Shown: in pieces, positions 1 to 9,189 of the stretch
How positions within the stretch are numbered: position 1 is the first letter of the stretch
How the letters are laid out: every line of letters begins with the position of its first letter
Assembly: GCA_965227295.1 (NCBI GenBank)
Contig: OZ245742.1
Location: forward strand, 4,096,001-4,160,000
Length of the DNA: 64,000 nucleotides
DNA from: Leptonemataceae bacterium
GTDB lineage: Bacteria > Spirochaetota > Leptospiria > Leptospirales > Leptonemataceae
Direction of reading: 5' to 3'
Translations under genes and position numbers: made by a program
The notes under the pieces: model-generated
The model's input: only the letters and a program-made list of their open reading frames with translations
What the model was told of the DNA's origin: nothing
The model's database searches: none

Positions 1-258
1 CGTTGTTTCGGACGAAGGAACCATTCGCTATCTGACATACCGCAACCTGGTTTCTTCGTTACGCGGAGAAACAGTGGGTCTTGAGGAAATCTCCGAAAGG
101 CACAGACGGATACACTTTGCGAACGCGGTGCTCGGAGTGCTGGATGCATACACCGGAAAATTACTTGCATACAAGAACCCCATGACGATAATACAAGAGA
201 ACCAGGTGTAACCCATCGTCCCGGTTTGATGTGTTACCAATCAGCCAGTTTATTCACA
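1..258 (+). mobile_element. Right end of an IS481-family element
   Basis: Sub-terminal motifs TGTAACCCAT (207-216) and TGTTACCAAT (232-241) lie 25 bp apart and the end reads ACA (256-258), the same layout as the right end at 2014-2063. Confidence 0.8.
2..211 (+). CDS. IS481-family transposase, 3' end only (runs off window)
   Basis: Frame 2 reads VVSDEGTIRYLTYRNLVSSLRGETVGLEEISERHRRIHFANAVLGVLDAYTGK...*, which aligns directly with the C-terminus of the transposase at 345..1541. Confidence 0.9.
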   Translation, partial: VVSDEGTIRYLTYRNLVSSLRGETVGLEEISERHRRIHFANAVLGVLDAYTGKLLAYKNPMTIIQENQV

Positions 259-344
259 AGACGGTCCGGTCCGGTTAGATAGGTAACAAGACATTCCTGG
301 CACATAGGTAACAGATTTCAGTCTCGACATCGGAGGAAAATCCG

Positions 345-1541
345 ATGCCGTGGAAGGAGTCTAATGTGCAGGAAGAAAGAGTTAAGTTCGTTGCCGCGTG
401 GAAGACCGGCGGCTGGACGATGACCGATCTCTGCCGGGAATTCGGAATCAGCCGAAAGACCGGATACAAGTACCTCGAACGATACCAGGAAGAGGGCGTG
501 GACGGCCTGAAATGCAAGTCCCGCGCCCGCAAATTCCATCCGAACGCCACCCGCCCGGAGCTGGTGGAACTCATCATCGATATGCGCCAGCAGCATCCTT
601 CGTGGGGGCCGCGTAAGTTGCTCGCACGTCTGCGCGGTCGCTATCCGAGAATCAAAGACAGCGACTGGCCGTGTCACTCGACGATCTCAGAAATCCTGAA
701 ACGCGCGGGCCTTGTGCGCCAGGTGAAGAAGCGCCGCCGTGCTCCGCCGACGTTGTTTCCGTTCGCGCACGTCGGCAATCCGAATGATCTCTGGTGCGCG
801 GATTTCAAAGGTCATTTCACCGTCGGGAACGGCGAGCGCTGCGATCCCTTAACCATCACTGATGCGCACTCACGCTTTCTGCTGGATTGCCGGGCCGTCA
901 TGGCCACGAACACAAAGAACGTACAGAAGGTCTTCGAGAAAGTCTTTCAGGAATACGGACTGCCGCGAGCCATCCGCACGGACAACGGCTCACCGTTCGC
1001 AGCAACCGCGCTGGGCGGCCTTAGCAGGCTTTCGGTGTGGTGGTTGAAGCTGGGGATCTCGCTGGAGCGCATAGAGCCCGGGAAACCGCAGCAGAACGGC
1101 CGTCACGAGCGTATGCACCTGACTTTGAAGAAAGAGACCGCATTGCCGCCCATGTCGTCTCTGAGGCGCCAGCAGCAGGAATTTGACCGGTTTCGGGAGG
1201 AATACAACGTGGAACGGCCACATGAGGCACTTTCATACCGTGCGCCGGCAGATGTCTACAAGCGCTCTCGCCGGCGTTTCCCGAAGAAGGTGCCGGAACT
1301 GCACTATCCCACGCACATGGAGTCGACGGTGGTCTCGGACGAAGGCACGATCCGGTATGGGATTCACCGGGTGTTTCTGAGTTCTGCGCTCCGGGGCGAG
1401 CGGATCGGGCTGGAGGAAATCGATGAGCGGCACCGGCGGATTAATTTTGCCCACGCCGTGCTGGGGGTGCTGGACGTGTATACTGGAAAAGTCTTGAAGT
1501 ATGATTCGCCGAAGTACGCGCGGGTGGCTTTAGAGAAATAG
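345..1541 (+). CDS. IS481-family transposase (HTH + rve DDE)
   Basis: MPWKE start, HTH, WGPRKL, W-x-ADFKG, IRTDNGSPF, PQQNGRHERMH, YNxERPHEAL; GGAGG RBS. Confidence 0.95.
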   Translation: MPWKESNVQEERVKFVAAWKTGGWTMTDLCREFGISRKTGYKYLERYQEEGVDGLKCKSRARKFHPNATRPELVELIIDMRQQHPSWGPRKLLARLRGRYPRIKDSDWPCHSTISEILKRAGLVRQVKKRRRAPPTLFPFAHVGNPNDLWCADFKGHFTVGNGERCDPLTITDAHSRFLLDCRAVMATNTKNVQKVFEKVFQEYGLPRAIRTDNGSPFAATALGGLSRLSVWWLKLGISLERIEPGKPQQNGRHERMHLTLKKETALPPMSSLRRQQQEFDRFREEYNVERPHEALSYRAPADVYKRSRRRFPKKVPELHYPTHMESTVVSDEGTIRYGIHRVFLSSALRGERIGLEEIDERHRRINFAHAVLGVLDVYTGKVLKYDSPKYARVALEK

Positions 1542-1615
1542 GATCTTTCGTATTATACCTTACTAAACAATTCAGCCGGAACAAGCGGCTGAATTCAAAC
1601 GAAAGGAAGCTTTAA

Positions 1616-1885
1616 ATGAAAAAGTACCAACCTATATTTCCGACCGTTACGGTCTTGCTGTCGCTGGATGCTCCGGGAGACAATTCGAGCATCGTAAGGC
1701 GAGTTCTTGAAGATCAAGGCTGGACGCACACAGGTGTTGAATCGACCTACGAAAGTCGATTATACTCGGAACGCGTTGGCGAGGAAGTAAATCGTCATCT
1801 CGATCTGGCCGGAAAAGAACTTGGCCGGAAGATAGTCGATGCCGTCTGGCTACAATCTGATAGTGCGATCATTCGGCGAAGGTAA
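1616..1885 (+). CDS. Small hypothetical passenger protein (89 aa), possible Cas2/VapD-like ferredoxin fold
   Basis: AAAGGAAG RBS. It lies inside the IS ends and is flanked by hairpins at about 1569-1595 and 1897-1927. The fold is inferred from the pattern VLLSLD...L...GW...STYE. Confidence 0.55.
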   Translation: MKKYQPIFPTVTVLLSLDAPGDNSSIVRRVLEDQGWTHTGVESTYESRLYSERVGEEVNRHLDLAGKELGRKIVDAVWLQSDSAIIRRR

Positions 1886-2107
1886 GGACTTTGCGAGCCG
1901 CAGGTCCCGGGCTACGGGGCCTGCGGCCGTATCCGAAGATCCTCAAGCACAAGAAAGTACTCAGTAAACGCTTCCAATCATGCCGAAGAATGGAATAAGT
2001 AACAGTACGGATCTGTCACCCATGTGACCGGACAGAAGTGTTACCTATGTACCCGACCATACAAAACGGTCCCCACCCCGTGTGACATAAGATAGATTAT
2101 CGGAAGT

Positions 2108-4459
2108 GTGCGACACGAAGTCGCTATCCTGAAGTTCAGGAGACTAAAGTAGAACAAAAGAAGGTTAACCTGATGGCCCAGTGGCGGGCATCATTCCCAA
2201 CCGGCACATGCGAACCCCGGCAACGGATCGTGTGAAGCTGCTGGTAGATCGTAATGGACGTTCCGAACCCCCGGAACCCCTGCGAGCGGGAAAGTCGAAA
2301 ATGGCGAACGAAAGTGAATCTGATCAGCTCCGTTATAATGACCTCGCAATTCGGGGGAATCGGCGAGCTTGCAGACCCGGGAACCCGCGATGCTACCACG
2401 CGGACGCAGCCTCCCCATAGTGTCTGCCGGAGTAAGTGCAGGCGCCTGCCCTCGACGTATCTTCGGATAGTGAAACGTGGTAAGCCCGATGAAGTCCCGT
2501 GCCCTCACGTGCGGGTAAGTCGATCGCAAGAAAGGCCGAACTCTTCAGCGGGTAAAGGATCACCGAAAAAGCAAACGTCCGCAGGTCGAAAGGCCACGGG
2601 AACCCATAACCGGCGGAATAGATCATCTGATCGAGTTGAAAGACTGCTGACTTCGGTGTGGTGGTTCACTGAGTGCATCTGTGAGGCCGACTAAGGATAG
2701 TCGAGTTTTGACGCTGTGAACAACAGTGAAAACAGAATATCCGCGACCGTTTGGAATTCCGTCGATTGGCGGAAGACCGAACGAGAAGTGCGTCGTCTGA
2801 GGCAGAGAATCTACAGAGCCGAAAAATCAGGGAACGCGCGCAAGGTTCGTTCCCTGCAAAAGCTCATGCTGCGAAGCCATTCGAACCGGCTGCTGTCGGT
2901 CAGGCGGGTGACGCAGCATAATCGAGGAAAGAATACGCCGGGCGTCGATAAGCTTCTGGTGAAGACGCCCACACAACGGGCCCGACTGGTTGACTCTTTG
3001 GCTTCTCTGGAGCCATGGAAGCCGGTCCCCGTTCGCAGGGTTTACATTCCGAAGGCGAACGGCAAACGACGACCTCTGGGAATTCCGGTGATACGTGACC
3101 GCGCGCTCCAGGCCGTGGTCAAAAACGCACTGGAGCCCCAATGGGAGGCCCGGTTTGAAGCCTGTTCGTACGGCTTTCGGCCGGGGCGACGTGCTCACGA
3201 TGCCATCACTTTGATTTCCAGACGAATTGCGCGCAGAGCGCACAAACCCTGGGTCATCGATGCGGACATCGAGAGTGCATTTGATCGCATCTCCCATGAT
3301 TTTCTTCTAAAGAAGATTGGAGGTTTTCCGGCACGCGAGCTGGTCAAACAATGGCTCAAAGCCGGAGTCGTCGAAGCGGACGGTCTGCTTGTTCCCACGG
3401 GTGAAGGCACTCCCCAGGGCGGCGTAATCTCGCCCCTGCTCGCCAACATTGCGCTGGACGGCATGGAAGACCTGATTCCGGCCGGACGTCTGGTACGCTA
3501 CGCGGACGATCTAATCGTCTTCTGCAAAACGAGAGCCGAGGCCGAAGCCATCGAAGACATGATGCAATCATGGCTCGGGAAGCGCGGTCTACGGCTCTCG
3601 CCGGAGAAAACACGCATTACGCATGTGACCGAAGGATTCGACTTCTTGGGCTTCCATGTGAGGGTGTTGAGAACTCCGGCCCGCAAACGCAGAAAGGCGA
3701 CGCTGACTCCCGATGTTCGCGACGAATACAAGGTCCGGATCTGGCCCGCGAAAAAAGGCCAACTGGCCTTACGCGGTAAGGTTCGCTCCATTGTTCGTCA
3801 GCATCGGGCCGCTCCCCAGGCGGCGCTGGTTCGAAATCTGACGCCGGTACTTCGCGGCTGGGCCAACTACTACAAGTACTGCTCGGCTACAAAGACCTTC
3901 GCGAAACTGGACCACTACACATGGTGGCTCCTGTGGCGCTGGGCTCTGCACCGACATCCGAAGAAAGGCCGGCGCTGGCTCAAGAAGAGATACTGGGGTC
4001 AATATGCGAAAGGCCGACGGGATCACTGGGTCTTTGGGGAACCGACAGAAAGCGGCTTCGTTCACCTCGCCAAACTGGCCTGGACGAATATCGAACGATA
4101 CCAGATGGTGAAAGGAGACTCCTCCCCCGATGACCCGGATCTGGTTTCGTACTGGGAAGATCGTCGACGCCAGGGTGCTAAAAACCTGCGAGCGTATTTT
4201 AAGATCCTCTATATTCTGCAAAAGGGCCTCTGCCCGCACTGCGGCGGAGAACTGGACAACGGTGAGGAACTTCACCGGCATCACAAGAATCCGCGCTCAG
4301 CAGGCGGAGAAGATGTCTTGCAGAATCTGGAGCTTGTGCACCTGATGTGTCATCAGCAGGTGCATTCAAAGGCGCGAACTGCTTGAGCCGTATGCGGGGA
4401 AACTCGCACGTACGGTTCTTAGAGGGGGTTGGCCCGGAAACGGGCTGACCCTACTCGAC
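2108..4459 (+). mobile_element. Group II intron (IIB/chloroplast-like type), apparently full length
   Basis: 5' end GTGCG at 2108; domain V GAGCCGTATGCGGGGAAACTCGCACGTACGGTTC at 4385; domain VI ends ...CCTACTCGAC at 4459; encloses an RT ORF. Confidence 0.93.
2716..4386 (+). CDS. ltrA: Group II intron reverse transcriptase/maturase with C-terminal HNH endonuclease
   Basis: N-terminal WNSVDWRK...[74 protein letters not shown]...HH...N..LVH..CH. Confidence 0.97.
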   Translation: MNNSENRISATVWNSVDWRKTEREVRRLRQRIYRAEKSGNARKVRSLQKLMLRSHSNRLLSVRRVTQHNRGKNTPGVDKLLVKTPTQRARLVDSLASLEPWKPVPVRRVYIPKANGKRRPLGIPVIRDRALQAVVKNALEPQWEARFEACSYGFRPGRRAHDAITLISRRIARRAHKPWVIDADIESAFDRISHDFLLKKIGGFPARELVKQWLKAGVVEADGLLVPTGEGTPQGGVISPLLANIALDGMEDLIPAGRLVRYADDLIVFCKTRAEAEAIEDMMQSWLGKRGLRLSPEKTRITHVTEGFDFLGFHVRVLRTPARKRRKATLTPDVRDEYKVRIWPAKKGQLALRGKVRSIVRQHRAAPQAALVRNLTPVLRGWANYYKYCSATKTFAKLDHYTWWLLWRWALHRHPKKGRRWLKKRYWGQYAKGRRDHWVFGEPTESGFVHLAKLAWTNIERYQMVKGDSSPDDPDLVSYWEDRRRQGAKNLRAYFKILYILQKGLCPHCGGELDNGEELHRHHKNPRSAGGEDVLQNLELVHLMCHQQVHSKARTA

Positions 4460-4465
4460 CACATT

Positions 4466-4524
4466 TTGCCTCATGATAAAAAGTACTCGTAATCAGCGCT
4501 GTTGCCTCAACTAAATATGTACTC
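4466..4524 (+). repeat. Direct repeats TTGCCTCA-N9-10-GTACTC, probable left-end motifs of the downstream IS
   Basis: ttgcctcatgataaaaagtactc and ttgcctcaactaaatatgtactc lie just upstream of the transposase ATG at 4577. Confidence 0.6.
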
Positions 4525-4576
4525 CTGCTATTCCTGATGGAATGGGACTTCCGCATGGGAACCTCCGGAGTACACG

Positions 4577-5260
4577 ATGAGGCTGACCATGAACGAACGA
4601 CGTACCCTGACGAAGGTGTTCGCCGACCGGTACCGTAAGGCCGGGAAAAAAGACAAGATTCTGCTGCTCAATGAGTTTGTCGTACTGACCGGCTACAATC
4701 GCAGCTACGCCACCCGCGCGCTCAGAGACTTCAAGCCCGTGCGCGCCGTTCGTAAGAAACGACCCTCGCGTGTCGTCTATGACTCCGACGTGCGGCTGGC
4801 ACTGGAGAAGATCTGGACAGTGCTCGATTATGTCTGCGGCAAACGCCTTGTGGCCGTTTTACCCGAGGTACTCGAAAAGCTGATCGCCCTCGATGAGATC
4901 AAAGTCTCGCGCGATGTGAAAGCAAAGCTCGTGCGTATCTCTGCGGCCACCGCCGACCGCCTGCTTGCCGGCGCCCGGGATCGGCTCGGCCCCTGCCGTG
5001 ATTCGCCGCAACGTCGGCTACTTTCGCTACGAAGAGGCCCACCGGAAAATCCTCGCCGAACTTTATGACAACCTGAACCTGTATGCGAATTTCTTTCAGC
5101 CGATTATGATGCCAACGGTGAGCAATACCGCCCCCGGCCGCCGGGCGCCTCGACGATACCACGAAGGCCGCGAACACTTTCATGGACCGCGTGCGACTGC
5201 AGCGGCTGAAGAGCGACATGCAAAAACTCTGGGATCGCCGCGCCGCGGCTGACCTTTCGA
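4577..5260 (+). pseudogene. Integrase-core (ISNCY-type) transposase remnant with internal deletion and frameshifts
   Basis: The N-terminus (RYRKAGKKDK..LNEF...TGYNRSYA; CGKRL; ISAATADRLL) jumps near 4990 into another frame encoding C-terminal motifs (AVIRRNVGYFRY...LNLYANFFQP). The DDE core is missing. Confidence 0.8.
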
Positions 5261-5262
5261 GT

Positions 5263-5343
5263 GTGCGACACGAAGTCGCTATCCTTTGGCCCGGTGGCGG
5301 GCATCATTCCCAACCGGCACATGCGAACTCCGGCAACGGATCG
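5263..5343 (+). mobile_element. Truncated second copy of the group II intron 5' end
   Basis: GTGCGACACGAAGTCGCTATCCT...TGGCCC.GTGGCGGGCATCATTCCCAACCGGCACATGCGAAC.CCGGCAACGGATCG matches 2108-2230 except for a missing segment of about 43 nt. Confidence 0.88.
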
Positions 5344-5666
5344 ATCCGATACCGGCGACATCAGCTCGATGACGCAGGATATTTCAGGGGCCATCATAAA
5401 TTGATGGAGGCGCCTCGGCTTTCCCACCGCGGGTGGTACGAGACTGCGCTTCGAAGTCAGCCTCATGTCTTCCGACGCGAAACTCCGGCCGCTGCTAACG
5501 CTCAACAATCTACACCTTTCGCTCAAAGATATCGCGGATCCCTCTCCCGGGTTGATTTTCCCGCGGCTTTGCCAAAAAAAACTTGCTCGCAGCCCCGAGT
5601 TCACAGCCTGCTCATCCCTCCGAAAACGCCACGTTTCGGCCGCGGCAGCGCGCTAACTGTATTCTA

Positions 5667-6695
5667 ATGAAAGACCAACTCATATGCATCACCGGCGGCG
5701 GCGGCTTCATCGGTGGTCATTTGATCGCCGATCTCCGGCGCGCGGGCTTCCGTCGCATCCGGGCCGTGGACTGTAAGCCCCTGGAGTCCTGGCACCAGAG
5801 ATTCGACGATGTCGAGAACCTGGTCCTGGACCTGATGCAACCCGGGCAATGTTCTCGGGCCGCCCGGGACGCGTTCAGCATTTACAACCTGGCGTCGGAC
5901 ATGGGCGGCATGGGTTTCATTGAAAACAACCGGGCCCTGTGCATGCTCTCGGTAATGATCAACACCCGGATGCTTACGGCGGCGCGAGAAGCCGGCACCG
6001 CGAACTACTTTTTCTCTTCTTCCGCCTGCGTCTACAGCGCGGAAAAACAGGCCTCGCCGGAAGTTACGGCCCTGAAAGAATCGGACGCCTACCCGGCCAT
6101 GCCCGAGGACGGCTACGGCTGGGAGAAACTATTTTCGGAGCGCATGTGCCGCCACTTCCGCGAAGACTTCGGCCTGTCCACACGCATCGCGCGTTATCAC
6201 AACGTCTATGGTCCGCTCGGTACCTTCGAAGGCGGACGGGAGAAGGTCCCCGCGGCCATGTGTCGTAAGATTATCGCGGCAAAACTCAGCGGCCACCAGC
6301 AGATCGAAATCTGGGGCGACGGTTCCCAGACCCGGAGCTTCACCTTTGTGGACGACTGCGTCATCGGCACCCGTAAGATCATGGAATCTGATGTTACGGA
6401 GCCGCTGAACCTCGGTTCCAGCCGGCTCGTGAGCATCAACCAGCTCGTGGACATAATCGAAGACATCGCGGGGGTGCGACTTAAGCGCATTTACAAACCG
6501 GACGCGCCGCGGGGAGTGGCCGGCCGGAACAGCGACAACACGCTCATCCGGGAACGCCTGGGCTGGGAGCCCTCTATCTCCCTGGCCGACGGCCTGGAGC
6601 GAACCTACGCCTGGATTTACGATCAAATGCGCGACCGCTATCCCGGGCGATCGGCTGCCCCGGTGAAGGCGAGCGGAGCCCGGCGCCCGGCTTAA
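5667..6695 (+). CDS. NAD-dependent epimerase, GDP-mannose 3',5'-epimerase-like
   Basis: TGGGGFIG, DMGGMGFI, SSACVY, EDGYGWEKLFSE, GGREKVPAAMCRK, GVAGRNSDN; ATG at 5667 preferred as start. Confidence 0.88.
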   Translation: MKDQLICITGGGGFIGGHLIADLRRAGFRRIRAVDCKPLESWHQRFDDVENLVLDLMQPGQCSRAARDAFSIYNLASDMGGMGFIENNRALCMLSVMINTRMLTAAREAGTANYFFSSSACVYSAEKQASPEVTALKESDAYPAMPEDGYGWEKLFSERMCRHFREDFGLSTRIARYHNVYGPLGTFEGGREKVPAAMCRKIIAAKLSGHQQIEIWGDGSQTRSFTFVDDCVIGTRKIMESDVTEPLNLGSSRLVSINQLVDIIEDIAGVRLKRIYKPDAPRGVAGRNSDNTLIRERLGWEPSISLADGLERTYAWIYDQMRDRYPGRSAAPVKASGARRPA

Positions 6696-7976
6696 ATGAG
6701 AATCGTAAAGGTCAGCGAGTTCTACGCGTCCATCGGGCAGAGTACGGACTGCTTTTATTCCTTCTTTTATCTGGACCAAACGCTCTTTTCCGTTCACCGC
6801 CGGCACCGGCTGTTTTCATACCACAATTGGCCGCGCAGCCAATCCGAGAACCTGAGCCAGATCGTACTCACCGGGTACGCGAACAAAGACCCCGGGAAAA
6901 TCGAGTCCGAAGAAGTGCTATGCGACGGGAACGATCCGCGCGTTGTCTCCAATGGAAGCGAGGCCTTCGTGCTTTCCGAGGGCGCGGTGCATTCCGGTGT
7001 GGATTTTACCTTAACCAGGCTACCCTCCCGTGAACAAACCCGACTAAAGCGAGGCCCCGGCGTGCCTCCCGGTAAAAACTGGCAGCCCTTTCTGCGGGAC
7101 GGCCGGTTGTGTGTGGTGGACAGCATTGCCCCGTTCCGAACAAAGCAGATAAACATCACTTCGGGAGAAGTTACGCGCAGTCAGGAGTGGCCCCTGGATC
7201 TTGACCTGCCGGCGGCCCACGACGACTATCCCATTCTGCGCGGCGGTTCGAACGCGATTCTGCACGAGGACACCCTGTACGGCTGGGGTCACGCCACCGT
7301 CCGGCCGTACATGCACCAGCCGTACATCTGGAAGCTGAGCGATGCGGGCCCCACGGTCAGTTTTCTGAATCTACACGGGATGTTCCGCGATCGGGGCTAC
7401 AGCATCGTCGACCCCACCTCGTTCTTCGAATGGGACGCCGATCATTTCGCCCTGGGCCTGTCCTGTTCCCAACGGGACTGGTTTCATCCCCAGTGGTTTC
7501 TCAACGTTCTGGTGCTCATCGAGAAACATGTGTTCTTTCGTACCACGCCTTTCGCTCTGAACTGCGACACGCTGCGAAGTTCCATCATCTTCCACGCCGA
7601 CGACCTGGACAGTCTCATCGATTCCGTGTCTCAGAACGGCGGCATCTCTAACAACGGTCACAAGGGCTGCCTGGTTTGCGGCCCCAGCCGGACCATTGAT
7701 CTCAGCAAACGCTGGGCCATTGAACTTTGCTACTCCAGTATGGCGGCGACGTCGAAACGAGTCGGAGATTTCGATGTCCTCTTAAACATAGACGGGGTTG
7801 ACAGGATTGTCGCGAGCACGCACATCTTCGGCACGGTCGGCGAGTCGCAACGAGTGCGCCTTACCTTCGACCTCAGACATGCGGCCGGGTCGGCTCTGAT
7901 TCAAACGCGAGTATTCACCCGGCGCCGGTCGGCCGTCACCGCCTACTTTTTCGAACTCATCCATGAAAACCAATAA
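6696..7976 (+). CDS. Hypothetical glyco-enzyme, predicted five-bladed beta-propeller (GH130/GT91/GT108-like) plus C-terminal beta domain
   Basis: DPR, GKNWQPF, LRGG and SIVDPTS motifs; paralog of 13098..14609; abuts both neighbours. Confidence 0.6.
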   Translation: MRIVKVSEFYASIGQSTDCFYSFFYLDQTLFSVHRRHRLFSYHNWPRSQSENLSQIVLTGYANKDPGKIESEEVLCDGNDPRVVSNGSEAFVLSEGAVHSGVDFTLTRLPSREQTRLKRGPGVPPGKNWQPFLRDGRLCVVDSIAPFRTKQINITSGEVTRSQEWPLDLDLPAAHDDYPILRGGSNAILHEDTLYGWGHATVRPYMHQPYIWKLSDAGPTVSFLNLHGMFRDRGYSIVDPTSFFEWDADHFALGLSCSQRDWFHPQWFLNVLVLIEKHVFFRTTPFALNCDTLRSSIIFHADDLDSLIDSVSQNGGISNNGHKGCLVCGPSRTIDLSKRWAIELCYSSMAATSKRVGDFDVLLNIDGVDRIVASTHIFGTVGESQRVRLTFDLRHAAGSALIQTRVFTRRRSAVTAYFFELIHENQ

Positions 7977-9189
7977 CGAAAAAGGAAGATCGTTCGTAGT
8001 GGATTTCGGCTGCTGCCTGCCCTTCGGCCATAACCTCTACAGCGTAAAACTTTACCAGAAGCGCGAGGAAGCCCGGCAGCGCGAAACAAAGGCGATCGTG
8101 TGTCGCCGGGCCAAATCCTACGAGAGCTTCCAGCTCAAGAATTTCTTTTTTACGTTACCGGTACTCTACCCGGAAGTCATCGTAGACGCCGAACAGAACA
8201 AGCTCAAACGCATTCTCCTGCGAATCTCCCAGGGCCTGTCGTTTTTGCTCGGCGGCGCACTCATCCGGGACCTGCGCGCGAACCTCGCCGTCCGGCGTAT
8301 GTTCCGGCGGCACCGCATCGGCCCGGACGACCTGATCATCTTTCCCAGTGCGGACTACTACGGGACCAGGGCGCTCCTGAAGAAATTTCAGAAGATCCCG
8401 ATGTCGGCCCGGCCTCGCATGCATCTGCGCTTCATTGGCGTGCTGGAGCTGGCCCGGCATTCGTTTCGCAACAGCCTGCTGGATCTCACCACGCGCCTGA
8501 ATCAAATTCCCGACCGTGTCACGGTCAGCGCGGAAGTACCCCGTTATGCTCGCTATCTGGATACGATTCTGCCGGGTCGCTCCGTAATCGCGGAACCGTT
8601 CCCCGTCGAAACGAAAGCGCTTCCCGCGGCGAAGGCCGACAGGTCCCGGAAGCGGCAGCAGTTCACGCTGCTCTTGCCGGGTGTCAACCGCGCGGACAAG
8701 GGCTACTTCGAGCTTTTTAATCTGGCGAAGGAACTCTTCTTTCGTTTTCCGAACGTGAAGATCGTTATTCAGGACATGAAGAAGTGGGACCGGCACTTCC
8801 GGAAGAAGTACCAGCGAAAGCTCCAACGCCTGGTGAACGTGGAGCTCCTGCCGCCGATCCTGTCCCGGGAAGAAATCATGGAATCGTACCGCAGAGCGGA
8901 TCTCATTCTCCTGCACTACGAGCCCTCGGTGTACTTCTTTCGAGGTTCGGCGATTCACTACGAAGCCATTGCGAATCGCATCCCCGTGCTGGCCAGGAAA
9001 GGGTCCGGCTTTGTCCAGGAAGTCGAAAGCTGGTCTTCCGGCTGGACCTACGAAACCAAGCCGGAACTATTTGCGCGTCTGGAAGAGATCATGAACTACA
9101 CGCCGCCCGGTATCGAAAAGAAGATGGATGCCGCGTTTTCAAAATTCGAGCAGGAAGTACATGAAGCGACTCTTCATTATCTGTCATAA
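7963..9189 (+). CDS. Putative GT-B glycosyltransferase
   Basis: N-terminal GH, R-x-DKG, YRRADLILL, RGSAIHYEAI (GT-B C-terminal signature); polysaccharide operon context. Confidence 0.7.
   Translation: MKTNNEKGRSFVVDFGCCLPFGHNLYSVKLYQKREEARQRETKAIVCRRAKSYESFQLKNFFFTLPVLYPEVIVDAEQNKLKRILLRISQGLSFLLGGALIRDLRANLAVRRMFRRHRIGPDDLIIFPSADYYGTRALLKKFQKIPMSARPRMHLRFIGVLELARHSFRNSLLDLTTRLNQIPDRVTVSAEVPRYARYLDTILPGRSVIAEPFPVETKALPAAKADRSRKRQQFTLLLPGVNRADKGYFELFNLAKELFFRFPNVKIVIQDMKKWDRHFRKKYQRKLQRLVNVELLPPILSREEIMESYRRADLILLHYEPSVYFFRGSAIHYEAIANRIPVLARKGSGFVQEVESWSSGWTYETKPELFARLEEIMNYTPPGIEKKMDAAFSKFEQEVHEATLHYLS

Larger units (their letters stand above)
263..2063 (+). mobile_element. IS481-family element (about 1.8 kb) with a passenger ORF
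   Basis: Left motifs ATAGGTAACA (279-288, 304-313) are inverted relative to TGTCACCCAT (2014-2023) and TGTTACCTAT (2039-2048). The right end is ACA at 2061-2063. The left end lacks a perfect TGT, so its exact first base is uncertain. Confidence 0.8.

Noticed and set aside
2136..2694. Several ORFs of 77-146 aa upstream of the RT
   Set aside because: They overlap the intron ribozyme domains I-III and have no protein motifs.
2716..4386. RT as a retron, DGR or defence-associated RT
   Set aside because: It has maturase and HNH domains and sits within clear group II intron boundaries (GTGCG, domains V and VI). No template/variable repeat pair or msr-msd was seen.
5638..5655. GCGGCAGCGCG as an ops/JUMPstart element before the glycan operon
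   Set aside because: It mismatches the GGCGGTAG core and is likely chance in GC-rich DNA.
5345..5660. Possible gene remnant between the intron fragment and the epimerase
   Set aside because: It has stops and no recognisable motif, so no call can be supported.
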